A DNA stretch of 49,456 bases from Deltaproteobacteria bacterium (GTDB lineage Bacteria > SAR324 > NAC60-12): NCBI GenBank assembly GCA_002716165.1, contig PAZT01000029.1:1-49456 (forward strand), in the 5' to 3' direction. The notes under the pieces were generated by a model that did not search any database, was not told the origin of the DNA, and was given only the letters and a program-made list of their open reading frames with translations. A program made the translations under genes and the position numbers. The stretch's first letter is position 1; each line of letters opens with the position of its first letter. Shown here piece by piece: positions 38,391 to 49,406 of the stretch.

Positions 38391-39830
38391 ATGCAGATTC
38401 CGTTTGAATTTGATCCTCCTAAAAAAAAAGAAGACATAAATTTAAAATCTAAAGAATATGCTCTTGTTGAGTCAGAGGATAAAATTTCTTTACAGGTAAA
38501 TAAAGCTCTCACAGTAACTCAACTTACAAAACAGATTACATTTTTATTGGAGGGAGAGTTTCGTTCACTCATGGTTGAGGGCGAACTTTCTAACGTCAAA
38601 AAGGCTGCTTCAGGACATTGGTATTTAAGCCTGAAAGATGAAAATTCACAGATTCGTTGTGTAATTTTCAGAAATATTGCAGATAACCTAAGATTTGATC
38701 CTGAAGATGGTTTAGAAGTTTTGGTTAGGGGGCAATTATCGGTTTATCAGCAACGAGGTGAATATCAAATCAAGATTTCTTATATAGAGCCTAAAGGTTT
38801 AGGGGCACTGCAACTTGCATATGAACAGCTCAAATTAAGACTTGATGCAGAAGGATTGTTTGATCACAAACATAAGCGAGCTCTCCCATTTTTGCCGCGA
38901 AAAATTGGAATTATTACTTCACCAAAAGGCGCTGTAATTCATGATATGCTGACAGTTCTTACGCGTCGTTTTGAGGGTATACCAGTTTTGCTTTTCCCTT
39001 CACAGGTGCAGGGAGATTCTGCAGCAAAGATGCTGGTGGAAGGCATTCGTTATTTAAATAATCTTCGTGATGCGCAAAAGATTGACGTGTTGATTGTTGG
39101 AAGAGGTGGTGGTTCAATTGAAGATTTATGGGCTTTCAATGATGAAAATCTGGCTAGAGCTATTTTTTTATCAGAGATCCCAGTTATCTCCGCAGTGGGA
39201 CACGAAACTGATTTTACTATAGCTGATTTTGTTAGTGATGTAAGAGCTCCAACACCATCTTCGGCAATGGAATTAGCTGTTCCAAAAAAAATGGATTTGG
39301 AAAACACCTTGTGCCAAAAAGAGAAACGTCTTCATGACATAATTTTTAATTTGCTCGAAAATTTGAATGAACATGTTGAAGCAAAACGCCAGAGGTTGGC
39401 CTCTCCAACTTCAGTTGTTCAGCAGTATATTCAGCAGGTAGATTATCTAGATTCAAGGTTTAGTGAAAGGACCAGTAATCTTGTGGAAAATTATCAAAGC
39501 CTAATTAATGGTCTATCTGAAAAACTTTTGCTACTAAATCCGGAACGTGAACTTTTTTCACAAAAACATGGGATTGAAGTTTTAAATAGCCGTTTAAAGC
39601 TCGCAATCAGACATTTACATGAAAAGCTGGAAGATTCAGTTAAACGCCAAACTGATTTACTCAAGAGTCTCAGTCCACTTTCCGTGCTTCATAGGGGTTA
39701 CAGTGTTGCGGTTGATAAATCAGGTAATTTGTTGCGTTCAGTTAAAGATGTGCAGTCTGGTGAAAAATTAGAGGTTCGTCTAGAAGATGGTACGCTTAAA
39801 ACAAAAATTACATCAGTCAAACCTAAATAA
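38391..39830 (+). CDS. xseA: exodeoxyribonuclease VII large subunit
   Basis: N-terminal OB fold (V.GE.SN......GH.Y..LKD), RGGGS.EDLW.FN.E, SAVGHETD.T..D.V.D.RA.TPS, then a long C-terminal coiled coil. ATG at 38391 preferred over the TTG at 38367. Confidence 0.9.
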   Translation: MQIPFEFDPPKKKEDINLKSKEYALVESEDKISLQVNKALTVTQLTKQITFLLEGEFRSLMVEGELSNVKKAASGHWYLSLKDENSQIRCVIFRNIADNLRFDPEDGLEVLVRGQLSVYQQRGEYQIKISYIEPKGLGALQLAYEQLKLRLDAEGLFDHKHKRALPFLPRKIGIITSPKGAVIHDMLTVLTRRFEGIPVLLFPSQVQGDSAAKMLVEGIRYLNNLRDAQKIDVLIVGRGGGSIEDLWAFNDENLARAIFLSEIPVISAVGHETDFTIADFVSDVRAPTPSSAMELAVPKKMDLENTLCQKEKRLHDIIFNLLENLNEHVEAKRQRLASPTSVVQQYIQQVDYLDSRFSERTSNLVENYQSLINGLSEKLLLLNPERELFSQKHGIEVLNSRLKLAIRHLHEKLEDSVKRQTDLLKSLSPLSVLHRGYSVAVDKSGNLLRSVKDVQSGEKLEVRLEDGTLKTKITSVKPK

Positions 39831-39849
39831 AAAGCAGGAGTTTCAAGAA

Positions 39850-40623
39850 ATGGAAATAGTCACAATTCCTTGCCTTCAGGACAATTTTTCTTATTTGCTA
39901 ATATGCACAAAAACAGGAGAAGCAGCAGTTGTAGATCCATCTGAAGCTGATCCTATTAGAAAAGAAATAAAAAACCAAAATGTTAAATTAACAACAATTC
40001 TTAATACACATCATCATTGGGATCACGTGGGAGGTAATAAGGAACTGAAGTCTGATTATCCAGAAATTAAAATTTACGGTCACTCCAGCGACAAGGGCAG
40101 AATCCCAGAACAGACAGAGTTCTTGGAAGACGGAGATCATGTAATGTTTGGAAAGCAGTCAGGAGAATTTTTATACAATCCCGGACATACCTCAGGAGCT
40201 ATTACTTATTTGTTTGGAAATACCGCTTTTACTGGAGACACTTTGTTCGCCGCAGGTTGTGGAAGACTATTTGAAGGTACTTCGGATCAAATGTATAATT
40301 CACTGAACAACCTTATTGGTAAGCTGCCTGAAAACACTCAGCTTTACTTCGGACATGAATATACAGAAAACAATCTTCGTTTTGCCCTAAGTGTTGAAAC
40401 TGGCAATACAAAAATAAATAAGAAGTTGATTGATGTTAAGAGACTTTGTTCCTCTGGAAGTTTTTCAACCCCCACAACGATTGCCGACGAAAAACAGACA
40501 AATCCTTTTTTGCGATGCAACTCGGATGAAATTAAGAGAGTTGTGAAATTGATGGATCCAGAAAATGATCTCACTAAAAAGGAAGTCTTTCGAGCTTTGC
40601 GTGAACTGAAAGATGTTTTTTAA
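39850..40623 (+). CDS. gloB: hydroxyacylglutathione hydrolase (glyoxalase II)
   Basis: QDNFSYLL, THHHWDHVGGN, GHT.G, GDTLF..GCGR.FEG and NPFLR motifs. AGGAG 9 nt upstream of the ATG at 39850. Confidence 0.9.
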   Translation: MEIVTIPCLQDNFSYLLICTKTGEAAVVDPSEADPIRKEIKNQNVKLTTILNTHHHWDHVGGNKELKSDYPEIKIYGHSSDKGRIPEQTEFLEDGDHVMFGKQSGEFLYNPGHTSGAITYLFGNTAFTGDTLFAAGCGRLFEGTSDQMYNSLNNLIGKLPENTQLYFGHEYTENNLRFALSVETGNTKINKKLIDVKRLCSSGSFSTPTTIADEKQTNPFLRCNSDEIKRVVKLMDPENDLTKKEVFRALRELKDVF

Positions 40624-40626
40624 CTA

Positions 40627-41808
40627 ATGCAAAAACTCGATTTCACGGAAAAACATGCTTTAAGTGTTACTTGGCTTGGATTGTTTGCTAATCTTTTGCT
40701 AGCAATTGCCAAAGGTTTCATTGGTACCATCGCTAATTCATCTGCCTTAATTGCTGATGCAGGTCACTCTTTTTCAGATTTGCTTTCAGATATCGTAACG
40801 CTTTGGTCGGTTCGCATGGCTGGAATCCCAAAAGATGAGAACCATCCTTACGGACATGGTAAATTTGAAACGGTGGGCTCTTTCGTTGTGGCATTGATGC
40901 TCGTTTTTACCGGAATTGGTGTTGCATGGCATGTTTTAAATAAAATGGTCTCGTCGGAGGTCCCAGGAGCACCAGCACTTTGGATGGCCTTAATAGCAAT
41001 TGTTGTAAAGGAAGCTCTTTTTCATCTCACACGAATGGTCAGCAGACGCAGTGGGAGTCGAATATTATTGGCTAATGCATGGCATCATCGATCAGATGCA
41101 ATCTCTTCGGTGGCAGCACTTGTGGGTATAGCAGGAGCGCATTGGGGAATTCCCATGATGGATCCAATAGCTGGTGTGCTAGTGGCGGGTCTTATTGTAA
41201 AAGCAGGAATTGATATTGGTTATGAAAGTTTAAGGGAACTTACAGATGAAATACCGGAGGAAGAGGTCATAAGTGAACTGAATAAGATCCTCGCTGATGT
41301 AGATGGAGTTGATAATTATCATGAAATGCGTGCACGCAGGATGGGGCCTAACTTATTGGTTGATATGCACATTGAAGTTGACAGCATGATGAGTATTTCT
41401 GCAGCACATCAGGTGGCTGAAAGGGTTCGATTGAGAATCCTCGAGAATATTCCTGCTGTTAATGAGGTGTTGGTTCATGTTGATGCCGAGGATGATTTTG
41501 AAGATGAAGAAGGGGGAGACCCTTCTAAGGATATTATTCTAATGAGACCGCAAAGTGAAATAGAAGATGATTTAAAAAATATTCTCAACCAAATCCCAGA
41601 GATAATTGGAATAACTCATATATACTGCCACTATCTAAATCAGCAATTGAGTGTCCAAGTTAACATAATGCTTGATTCTGAAATGCGCATTGTTGATGCT
41701 CAGAAAATAGCATCGACAGCTAAGTTGAAAATTGAAGAGATAAAGGATATAAATGATGCAGACATTCACCTTGAATTAGATGATAATCCTGAAGTGTTGT
41801 ATAAGTAA
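40627..41808 (+). CDS. cation diffusion facilitator (CDF) transporter with duplicated C-terminal cytoplasmic domain
   Basis: ALIADAGHSFSDL (TM2 H/D site), HPYGHGK.E and AWHHRSDA (TM5 site). Canonical cytoplasmic domain at aa ~205-290, followed by a second similar unit at aa ~305-385. Confidence 0.88.
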   Translation: MQKLDFTEKHALSVTWLGLFANLLLAIAKGFIGTIANSSALIADAGHSFSDLLSDIVTLWSVRMAGIPKDENHPYGHGKFETVGSFVVALMLVFTGIGVAWHVLNKMVSSEVPGAPALWMALIAIVVKEALFHLTRMVSRRSGSRILLANAWHHRSDAISSVAALVGIAGAHWGIPMMDPIAGVLVAGLIVKAGIDIGYESLRELTDEIPEEEVISELNKILADVDGVDNYHEMRARRMGPNLLVDMHIEVDSMMSISAAHQVAERVRLRILENIPAVNEVLVHVDAEDDFEDEEGGDPSKDIILMRPQSEIEDDLKNILNQIPEIIGITHIYCHYLNQQLSVQVNIMLDSEMRIVDAQKIASTAKLKIEEIKDINDADIHLELDDNPEVLYK

Positions 41809-41844
41809 GTTTAAATTCTTACTGAATTTTTGTCAGATTGCTGT

Positions 41845-43470
41845 TCATCTTTGTAAGATAGAGTAAACCTGCAAAATTCTAATTAATCTGTATCTGCTCC
41901 GAGTTTCTACTTCGCCAAGGTAATTCAAATTCATTTTGAATCGATTATAAAAATCCTCCATTGCCCCTTGGCATTCCTGCAATTCGCATACGAAAATAGA
42001 TTTATCGCTTTTAACTTTTTCTATAGGGCTCCATAAATTTCTCTCAGACTTTTCAATGCTATGCGGCCATGGTCTGTTCGGTAAGTAAAAGGATAAAGCA
42101 CTGCTGAGCTGGTATTCCCTAGATACAATGTAAGAAATATGAGGAAATTCATTTTCAACCAACAAATTTTGAAGCTGTCTCCCTGTTATATCCCATTTGA
42201 GTATGCGTGTAAGTCGATCTGCTGAAAGATCCATTGCTGATTTTTGAATTAATTCATTATGTATCTGAAATTCCTCTGGAGTAAGTAAATCTTTCAAATG
42301 ACTGATATATTCATTTCTGCTGTAAAAGTGTTCATCAATTTTTTTTAACTTTGATATCGTTGTTTCAGTTAGTCCTTGCTGCTTTAAATATTTAAAATTT
42401 TTCAGTTTATGAGGCATCCAATCAATCAAGGGACTTATTGTGTGCATGAAAACAGTCCCTATAAGTGCTACATTGATCAAAAGTACTGTCGTAATTAAGA
42501 TGTAAATTGTTTTTTTCTTTACCTGAAAAAGAAGTTCATTACCAAGCAAGATTGCAATTCCAATATAAAATAGATTAGCCCAATGAGGGTCTGATATTGA
42601 ACCTTTCAAACTCATCAGTGTGAAAAAAAGAAGTGGAAAAATTGAAAGTACGGTTATGACAGACTCAGCCTGTTTGCCATCTTTCAGACGGTCCCTTAGC
42701 CACCATATTGATACAACACCATAAATAGCCCAAACAGGAGAAAAAAGAATCAGATGGCCTGTGGTAAAAGCTAATGTGTTTTCTCCAAAATCAGAACCAG
42801 TTGCTCCTTTTTCGAGCTGCCAGCGAAATGATATCCAGTCATGTTGAGCATTCCAGAGAATGACAGGAATAAAAATAATTAGTGATAAAATTCCGGAAAA
42901 ATATAACCATGGATTATTAATTTCCCTTCGAATATTGCTATAAATCAAAATATGCAAAAACAAACCTACATAAAAAAGAAGCATAATGTATTTTGATAGT
43001 GCTCCAAACCCTGCAAAAATTCCAATTAGAAGGAGCCATTTTTTTTCAGGTTGACTATGATAACGTATCAAAAGAAAAAGTGATATTATCCAGAAAATAA
43101 GGAAAGGCTGGGTGATATGAAGAAAAATGCTTCCAAGAGTGAAATAAGGCATGCTACATAAAATTAGTAGAGTCACAAGTGCCGCATTTCGTCCGTATAG
43201 AAAAAAAGTTCCTACGTAGATTAAGGTTAATATTGACAGGGTAAAAAGCTGTGATCCGATTTCAAGTATTGATTCAGAATGACCTCCAATCATTGTTATA
43301 ATCCTGATTAACCAGGCAATCATAGGAGGGTGTTCGTAATAAGACATGCTTAGGAAACGAGACCACACCCAATGGTCAAGCATGTCTGGATGAGGGTTCA
43401 AAAATTGATTTATAACATAAAAACTCAGGAAATGAACTGAGAGGACAGCTAGAGCTGGGGTGTGTTTCAC
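41845..43470 (-). CDS. ArnT/PMT-like (GT39/GT83-type) membrane glycosyltransferase
   Basis: About 11 or more TM helices. N-terminal loop DHWVWSRFLSMSYYEHPPMIAWLI is typical of the family. Soluble C-terminal ~170 aa. Confidence 0.72.
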   Translation of the reverse strand: MKHTPALAVLSVHFLSFYVINQFLNPHPDMLDHWVWSRFLSMSYYEHPPMIAWLIRIITMIGGHSESILEIGSQLFTLSILTLIYVGTFFLYGRNAALVTLLILCSMPYFTLGSIFLHITQPFLIFWIISLFLLIRYHSQPEKKWLLLIGIFAGFGALSKYIMLLFYVGLFLHILIYSNIRREINNPWLYFSGILSLIIFIPVILWNAQHDWISFRWQLEKGATGSDFGENTLAFTTGHLILFSPVWAIYGVVSIWWLRDRLKDGKQAESVITVLSIFPLLFFTLMSLKGSISDPHWANLFYIGIAILLGNELLFQVKKKTIYILITTVLLINVALIGTVFMHTISPLIDWMPHKLKNFKYLKQQGLTETTISKLKKIDEHFYSRNEYISHLKDLLTPEEFQIHNELIQKSAMDLSADRLTRILKWDITGRQLQNLLVENEFPHISYIVSREYQLSSALSFYLPNRPWPHSIEKSERNLWSPIEKVKSDKSIFVCELQECQGAMEDFYNRFKMNLNYLGEVETRSRYRLIRILQVYSILQR

Positions 43471-43521
43471 AGATTTAAAAATTTATGGGAATGGGTTTGA
43501 TTTTAAAAATCTGAAAAGGAG

Positions 43522-45660
43522 CTATGAAAAAACAATTGCTTTTAGATTAAGGTATCGAGAAGACCATGATGCCAGCTTATTGCAAAGCCATAATCGATTT
43601 CCACATTTTATCGGGTTTTCGTCCATCACCATAACATCTTCAAAAAAATTTGTAACAATGGGCTCTATTTTTTTTAACTGAATTAGATAATCTTCTGGAG
43701 TGAGAAGAAAATCTTGGTCTGCATTCAAAATAGGCTGTATTACTTTAAAAAGTTTTTTTTCATGATTTATTTCCAATTGAGTTTCATCAAGCTGTTTTGC
43801 AATTTTATTTGGATATTTGTTGCAAATATTTTCGGCTCTTACAATTGCCTCAACTGATCTTTTAAAAATTTCAGTTTCGAGATGATCTGAAAGATACTCT
43901 GCTAATTCTAACTGTTTAACAGGAAGTATGACATTTTCATAATTATTTTTTGAATTATGATTACCCTCCTTAATTTTTAAAATTGCGTCAATTAAATCAT
44001 AGCGGATTCCCTGCTCTCGGAAAAACCATCTTTGACGTTGCGTAAGGAACTCCAGTAATTCCCCCTTGAGCTTCATGTTATCAAGTTTTAAGGATTGTTG
44101 CTCTTCAAGAATAAGAATTGCTTTTTCAGTCAATTCTCCAAGATTGAGAGGGAGGCGTAAGCCAAGGATCAAATTGACTAACCCTTGAGCATTTCTTCTC
44201 AAGGCATAAGGATCTGCAGACCCTGAAGGAATCATTGCCAGAGAAAATGCAGTGGTAATCATGTCTAGCTTATCTCCAATTGATACAGGGACTGTTTCAG
44301 AATTTCTTGGTAGAGAGTCTTTGGCATTGCGGGGATAATAATGCTCTCTTATTCCTTGGCAGACTACATCCTCTTCATTTTTCAAGCGGGCATAGTTCTG
44401 ACCCATTACTCCCTGAAGTTCTGGGAACTCATAGACCATCCTTGTTCCTAGATCAAATTTGCTTAGTTCCGCAATTCGCAGGACATGATTTTGCTGAACC
44501 AATGAAAAATTTAATTTCTCGGAGATGAACTTGCTGAGATGAATTATTCGTTGAACTCTTTGAAGTTGTGAACCTCTTGATTGGAAAAAAACTACATTCT
44601 CAGATTTTTTATTGAACTCAACAAGAAGGTTCTTTTGGTCTTCCAGATAGAAAAAACGAGCATCACTTAGTCTTGCACGAAGAACTTTTGCATTGCCACG
44701 CCTAACTGTATCGATTGACTTGTTATCACCATTTCGAACAGTTACAAAATTTGGTAGTAGATTTTTCCCTTCTGACCCATTTTTCTTTTTGCTCCTAAAT
44801 ACTGGGAAGTAACGTTGATGAACCTCCATGCTTGTTATCAAAACTTCATCTGGCAGTTTTAGGAATTCTTTCTCAAAGTTTCCAATTAGAACTGTGGGCC
44901 ATTCTACTAAATTTGTGACTTCATTAAGCAGTGTTTCATCCAGTTTTATATAGCAATTATTCTTTTTTTCTAGTTTTCGGACCTGCGAAACTATGGCCTT
45001 ACGTCTTTTATCGAAATTGACAATAACTTTACGGTTGTTTAGGTGCTTTTCATAATCTGATGCATGTTTTATCTTGCTATATCCAGTACTCAAAAAACGA
45101 TGACCACGAGTTTTATCACCTGCAACAAGCATTTCTAGTTTTATCGGTATCACTTTAGTATTCCAGAGAGAGACAACCCAGCGGATAGGGCGAATACATC
45201 GAGTCTTGTAAGATCCCCAGCGCATATTTTTTGGAAAATTAAGTTCAGAAATCCATTGTTTTGCACTTTCCTGAAGTAGTTCAGGGACTGATTGTCCCGA
45301 CTCGTATTTTTGTAGAAATAGATATTCTTTCCCTTCGATTGTTTTTGTTCCCAGATTTTTTATGGGAATATTATTTTTCTTAGCAAAGCCTTCTGCTGCT
45401 TTAGTCCAGTTATTGTATACGTCTTTTGCAACTGAGACAGGGGGCCCCTTTAACTCTACCTTCCTATCATTTTCTTTTTCAGGGAGTCCTAAGATTTCAA
45501 TTGCAAGGCGTCTTGGAGAGGAATAATATTTAAGGTCATTGAAATTTAACTGGTGCTTTTCACAGGTTTTTTCTGCCGATAATTTTAACCGCTCAACTGC
45601 TGGTAATATCATCTGTGCCGGCATTTCTTCCATACCAATTTCAAGCAAATACGTATTCAC
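43522..45660 (-). CDS. glyS: glycine--tRNA ligase beta subunit
   Basis: N-terminal LLEIGMEEMPA (E. coli LVEIGTEELP) and collinear length. GTG at 45660, 7 nt after the glyQ stop, preferred over the track TTG at 45711, which overlaps glyQ. Confidence 0.92.
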   Translation of the reverse strand: MNTYLLEIGMEEMPAQMILPAVERLKLSAEKTCEKHQLNFNDLKYYSSPRRLAIEILGLPEKENDRKVELKGPPVSVAKDVYNNWTKAAEGFAKKNNIPIKNLGTKTIEGKEYLFLQKYESGQSVPELLQESAKQWISELNFPKNMRWGSYKTRCIRPIRWVVSLWNTKVIPIKLEMLVAGDKTRGHRFLSTGYSKIKHASDYEKHLNNRKVIVNFDKRRKAIVSQVRKLEKKNNCYIKLDETLLNEVTNLVEWPTVLIGNFEKEFLKLPDEVLITSMEVHQRYFPVFRSKKKNGSEGKNLLPNFVTVRNGDNKSIDTVRRGNAKVLRARLSDARFFYLEDQKNLLVEFNKKSENVVFFQSRGSQLQRVQRIIHLSKFISEKLNFSLVQQNHVLRIAELSKFDLGTRMVYEFPELQGVMGQNYARLKNEEDVVCQGIREHYYPRNAKDSLPRNSETVPVSIGDKLDMITTAFSLAMIPSGSADPYALRRNAQGLVNLILGLRLPLNLGELTEKAILILEEQQSLKLDNMKLKGELLEFLTQRQRWFFREQGIRYDLIDAILKIKEGNHNSKNNYENVILPVKQLELAEYLSDHLETEIFKRSVEAIVRAENICNKYPNKIAKQLDETQLEINHEKKLFKVIQPILNADQDFLLTPEDYLIQLKKIEPIVTNFFEDVMVMDENPIKCGNRLWLCNKLASWSSRYLNLKAIVFS

Positions 45661-45667
45661 GGAGATT

Positions 45668-46597
45668 TTATTGTTTTTCTGATTTAAGTTTGTATACCCA
45701 TTTTTGTGCAAGTTCTCGATCTTTCATGAGTGGAAAGGCCATCTTGCAGCGCTCTTCTAGGAATAATTTGGCTATAGATTGAGCAATGTTACGAACCCTA
45801 CCAATAAAAGATGCTCTTGCAGAGACACTAATTGCCCCTGCTGCATCAAGTTGATTAAATGTGTGTGAGCATTTAAGAACATAATCATATGCTGGAAATA
45901 CTAGTCTTTGCTCTAAAGCACGATTCGCTTCCTTTTCATAATCATTGAAGTGCCGAAAAAACAGTTCGGTATCAGCAACTTCAAATGTATATTTTGAATG
46001 TTCAAATTCTGGTTGCCTGAAAATGGCTGAGTAACTTACCCCTTTTGTGTATTCTAGATCAAAAACATTATCCACGTCTTGTAGGTACGTGGCGATTCTC
46101 TCAATACCATAGGTCAGTTCTGCTGATACAGGATGGCACTCTATACCTCCCACCTGTTGAAAATATGTGAACTGCGTTATCTCCATACCGTCAAGCCAGA
46201 TTTCCCAGCCAAGCCCCCAAGCCCCAAGAGTAGGAGCTTCCCAGTTGTCCTCAACAAATCTTATATCGTGATCAATAGGGTTTATGCCGATTGCTTGGAG
46301 TGATTCAAGATAAATTTCTTCTACATCATCTGGTGAAGGTTTCAAAATTACTTGGTATTGGTGATGTTGATATAGGCGGTTTGGATTTTCACCATAACGA
46401 CCGTCAGCTGGACGCCGAGATGGTTCAACATATGCTACATTCCATTCTTCTGGTCCCAGCGTTCTAAGGGAAGTCATCGGATTCATTGTTCCGGCTCCAG
46501 TTTCAACATCATACGGAGATGAAATTATGCAGCCCTTTTTGTGCCAGTACTCATTTAGTAGTATGATAATTTCTTGTATGGTATGTTGAGTCCTCAT
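45668..46597 (-). CDS. glyQ: glycine--tRNA ligase alpha subunit
   Basis: 309 aa, highly conserved: FQ.II..L..YW...GC......D.E.GAGT, RRP.DGRYG.NPNRL and [12 protein letters not shown]. Confidence 0.96.
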   Translation of the reverse strand: MRTQHTIQEIIILLNEYWHKKGCIISSPYDVETGAGTMNPMTSLRTLGPEEWNVAYVEPSRRPADGRYGENPNRLYQHHQYQVILKPSPDDVEEIYLESLQAIGINPIDHDIRFVEDNWEAPTLGAWGLGWEIWLDGMEITQFTYFQQVGGIECHPVSAELTYGIERIATYLQDVDNVFDLEYTKGVSYSAIFRQPEFEHSKYTFEVADTELFFRHFNDYEKEANRALEQRLVFPAYDYVLKCSHTFNQLDAAGAISVSARASFIGRVRNIAQSIAKLFLEERCKMAFPLMKDRELAQKWVYKLKSEKQ

Positions 46598-48393
46598 TCC
46601 AAAATTCCTGAATCAAATTTTAGTAATTTAAGATCTCTGAATAGAATTTTCTTGAGATTATTTTCGAGCCAACTCAGCGCAAGATTGTTTTTTTTTATTT
46701 GTATCAGCTTTAATTCCAATTTTGTCTTTTTCACAATTTCTTTCTGGTTCTTAAAGGCTTTTTCAGCATTTTTGCATTCTTGTTTAGTATCGATGCATAT
46801 TTTTTTTAGGTGTTTTAGGGCTCCAGGTTTGATAATTAAGGAACAGGGATTAAAATAGGAGCGAAAAATTTTGGATTTTAGTTGAACTAAGTCCTCAGAT
46901 TTCTGGATAGAAAATGGATTAAACCATAGCTTTCGCTCAACTTGAGTTAATTTAAAGTTCATTTCAGAAGCATCATTTTCATCTTCACAAAGTAGTAGAG
47001 CTCTTTGAAGCTTTATTTTGTGTGCGTTTTTTTCAGCATTTCCCCAATTTGTACTTGTAGACAAAGCATCACTCAGCAGTACCACAAGTGATTCTAATTT
47101 TTTAAGCACATCATATTCTTGAGAGTAAAGCAAATGATCTCTTTCTGCGTTCATGTTAATAGTTTCTGCAGCTTTTTCATTTTTCAACAATTTTTCCTTA
47201 AGATCCATTAGTTCAGTTTTCTGGAGTCTCAATGGTTTTTTTTTAATTTTTGATTCTATATCATTTAATAAAACAAATTGACTGAGTGGCTCAAGAATTA
47301 AGTCAAATTCTTTACTCCAGTCCAAGATTTGCCCTTCAAAATCAATGACTTTGCAGTCTTGGAGTTTTAGCAATACGTCAAAATCTTTCAGATAATCATC
47401 TTCAGGATTAATTTCTTCAACTGTGACTAATTTCACATTTCCAATTTCCTTTAATAATTTTGTCAATAAACTGTTAATAATGCTGTACTTGCATAAGCAT
47501 AAAATTTGTAGTGTGGACTTTTTAACTTTTACATTTTTCTTTTTATTAATTCCTACATTTTCTTTAAGCAATTCTAAAATTAAGCGCTTAAAAGGGGGAT
47601 TATTTAAAGAGCATTCATCAAGTTTTATAAGATGTCCAATACTCATTTTATCGAATGTGATGTTTTTTATTGAGTTAAAAGGAATGCCAGGAAAAAGATA
47701 ACAGCCTTTATTTTCTCGTAGAATTCCAACTACCTGTTTAGGGTCAGAAATCTTGCTTTGTTCTCTCAATATCATTTTAATTGAATTATCAGGCGATAAT
47801 TGATCCTGGTTAGTGTGAAATTTTCGGATATTATTAAAAGGTATTAAAGTATTTAAGGGAATTTCCTCTAGGTTATTTTTTAAAACTGAACCAGAATCAG
47901 AGATATATTCAATTGACTGAAAATATCCATTTAGCGCTATTCTTGGAAATCTTGGAATATGATGATTTAGAAGAAGTTCCTTTGAAGATATTTTGAACCG
48001 CATTTTATTGATCAACTCAAATATAGGATTTAAAGTTAAGATCGAATGGAGTTCATCCTCTATAGATTTTATTACCATAACAAGGTTAATCCCTTTGGTA
48101 GAATTAATCTGCAAATTATCCAGTAATTCAAGCCAATGTTTTGCTGATTCAAATTTTATGGGTGAAAAAAATAGCCAATCTGGATTGTGATTCAATATTT
48201 CACTGGAGATATTTTCTGAATCCTTTAACCAATTTTTTGTTTTAGCAGAATTTGAAACTTCATATAATTTGGTATTCAGTGGATGGGAAATATGTTTTTG
48301 TAGTTGACTAATTAGTATATTCCAGTCATCGCTTGAGAAGCCTAAGCCAAAAAGCTGCATTTCACGGATAAATTCAGACGGTTTGAGAGGCAA
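46594..48393 (-). CDS. hypothetical 599-aa protein, Lys/Leu/Asn-rich with predicted coiled-coil C-terminal third
   Basis: Long uninterrupted ORF. Its TGA overlaps the glyQ ATG (ATGA at 46597-46594). No motif recognised. Confidence 0.6.
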   Translation of the reverse strand: MPLKPSEFIREMQLFGLGFSSDDWNILISQLQKHISHPLNTKLYEVSNSAKTKNWLKDSENISSEILNHNPDWLFFSPIKFESAKHWLELLDNLQINSTKGINLVMVIKSIEDELHSILTLNPIFELINKMRFKISSKELLLNHHIPRFPRIALNGYFQSIEYISDSGSVLKNNLEEIPLNTLIPFNNIRKFHTNQDQLSPDNSIKMILREQSKISDPKQVVGILRENKGCYLFPGIPFNSIKNITFDKMSIGHLIKLDECSLNNPPFKRLILELLKENVGINKKKNVKVKKSTLQILCLCKYSIINSLLTKLLKEIGNVKLVTVEEINPEDDYLKDFDVLLKLQDCKVIDFEGQILDWSKEFDLILEPLSQFVLLNDIESKIKKKPLRLQKTELMDLKEKLLKNEKAAETINMNAERDHLLYSQEYDVLKKLESLVVLLSDALSTSTNWGNAEKNAHKIKLQRALLLCEDENDASEMNFKLTQVERKLWFNPFSIQKSEDLVQLKSKIFRSYFNPCSLIIKPGALKHLKKICIDTKQECKNAEKAFKNQKEIVKKTKLELKLIQIKKNNLALSWLENNLKKILFRDLKLLKFDSGILE

Positions 48394-48515
48394 AATTTAA
48401 TATAAAAAAATGATATCATGCTTTATCAGTGAAGTAAATTTACTTGACTTCTAAAAGTTGAAAAAAGGGAATGAACAGTCTTTAAATCTATAAATCTATT
48501 TTTATAAATAATTAA

Positions 48516-49406
48516 GTGTATAATCAAAAAAAGGGAATATTTTTCGCTATGCTAGCTGTTCTTGGAGGAGGGATCTATTCTATTCCTTACCGTCTAAGTT
48601 TAGATACGGCAAATACTCTCACAGTAATTTGGGGGATATTTTTATGTGCATTTTTATTTTCTTTACCTGGAGCCTGGATAGCACGTCATCAAACAAAATA
48701 TTCTTGGAAGGTAGCAGGTCTTGCCTTAGTTACATCTGTTGCTGGAGTTATAGGAAATTATTCAATTTGTCAGGCACTAAATCTAGCGTCACCAACACTG
48801 ATGGTTTTGCTGATGAGAAGTGAAGTCATTATTGCAATGGTTCTTGGATGGATCTTTTTGAAAGAATTTGTAACAGTTCGTATATTTCTTGCGGTATTTT
48901 TGATCATTATTGGGATTTTTGTAATGAAGATAGATTCTCTCAGTTTTGAGATAAAAGAATGGTCAGCAATACTCTGGGCATTTTCTGCGGCATTTGGTTT
49001 CGCATCGATGCAGGTTCTTGCAAAAAGTATCATTCACGAAATCCATCCTCAGGTATTGAATATTTTTCGTTTGGCGATCGCACTTGCACTAATTTGGTGC
49101 GTTGAAGAAGTGAGAGTTGGAATTCCGTCATTGAACATTTCTGAATGGATTTGGATAGCAATGGCGGCCTTTTGTGGGCCATTTTTAGGGCGAGTGGCTT
49201 TTACTTATACATTACGATACCTCACTATTTCCAAGGCGAATATCTTTGTTTCTTTTGCCCCTGTTTTGACTCTCTTGTTTGAGTTTTTAGTTTTTGGTAC
49301 TCTTATCACTTGGTTTGAAACACTTGGGGGAGTAATCATGTTAGCAGCAATTATTTGGATTTTTATGCCGGGACTAAACACTAATGCCGAATCTGGTGAA
49401 AAATAA
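48516..49406 (+). CDS. EamA/DMT-superfamily transporter
   Basis: About ten TM helices in two similar halves, typical EamA repeat pattern. GTG start at 48516, or ATG at 48549. Confidence 0.82.
   Translation: MYNQKKGIFFAMLAVLGGGIYSIPYRLSLDTANTLTVIWGIFLCAFLFSLPGAWIARHQTKYSWKVAGLALVTSVAGVIGNYSICQALNLASPTLMVLLMRSEVIIAMVLGWIFLKEFVTVRIFLAVFLIIIGIFVMKIDSLSFEIKEWSAILWAFSAAFGFASMQVLAKSIIHEIHPQVLNIFRLAIALALIWCVEEVRVGIPSLNISEWIWIAMAAFCGPFLGRVAFTYTLRYLTISKANIFVSFAPVLTLLFEFLVFGTLITWFETLGGVIMLAAIIWIFMPGLNTNAESGEK

Noticed and set aside
741-41808. Idea that the tail-less FtsZ plus the CDF transporter indicate a magnetosome-type island.
   Set aside because: The two genes are 39 kb apart and separated by housekeeping genes. 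No mamA/K/I/L/Q/O-like or mms-like genes are recognisable.
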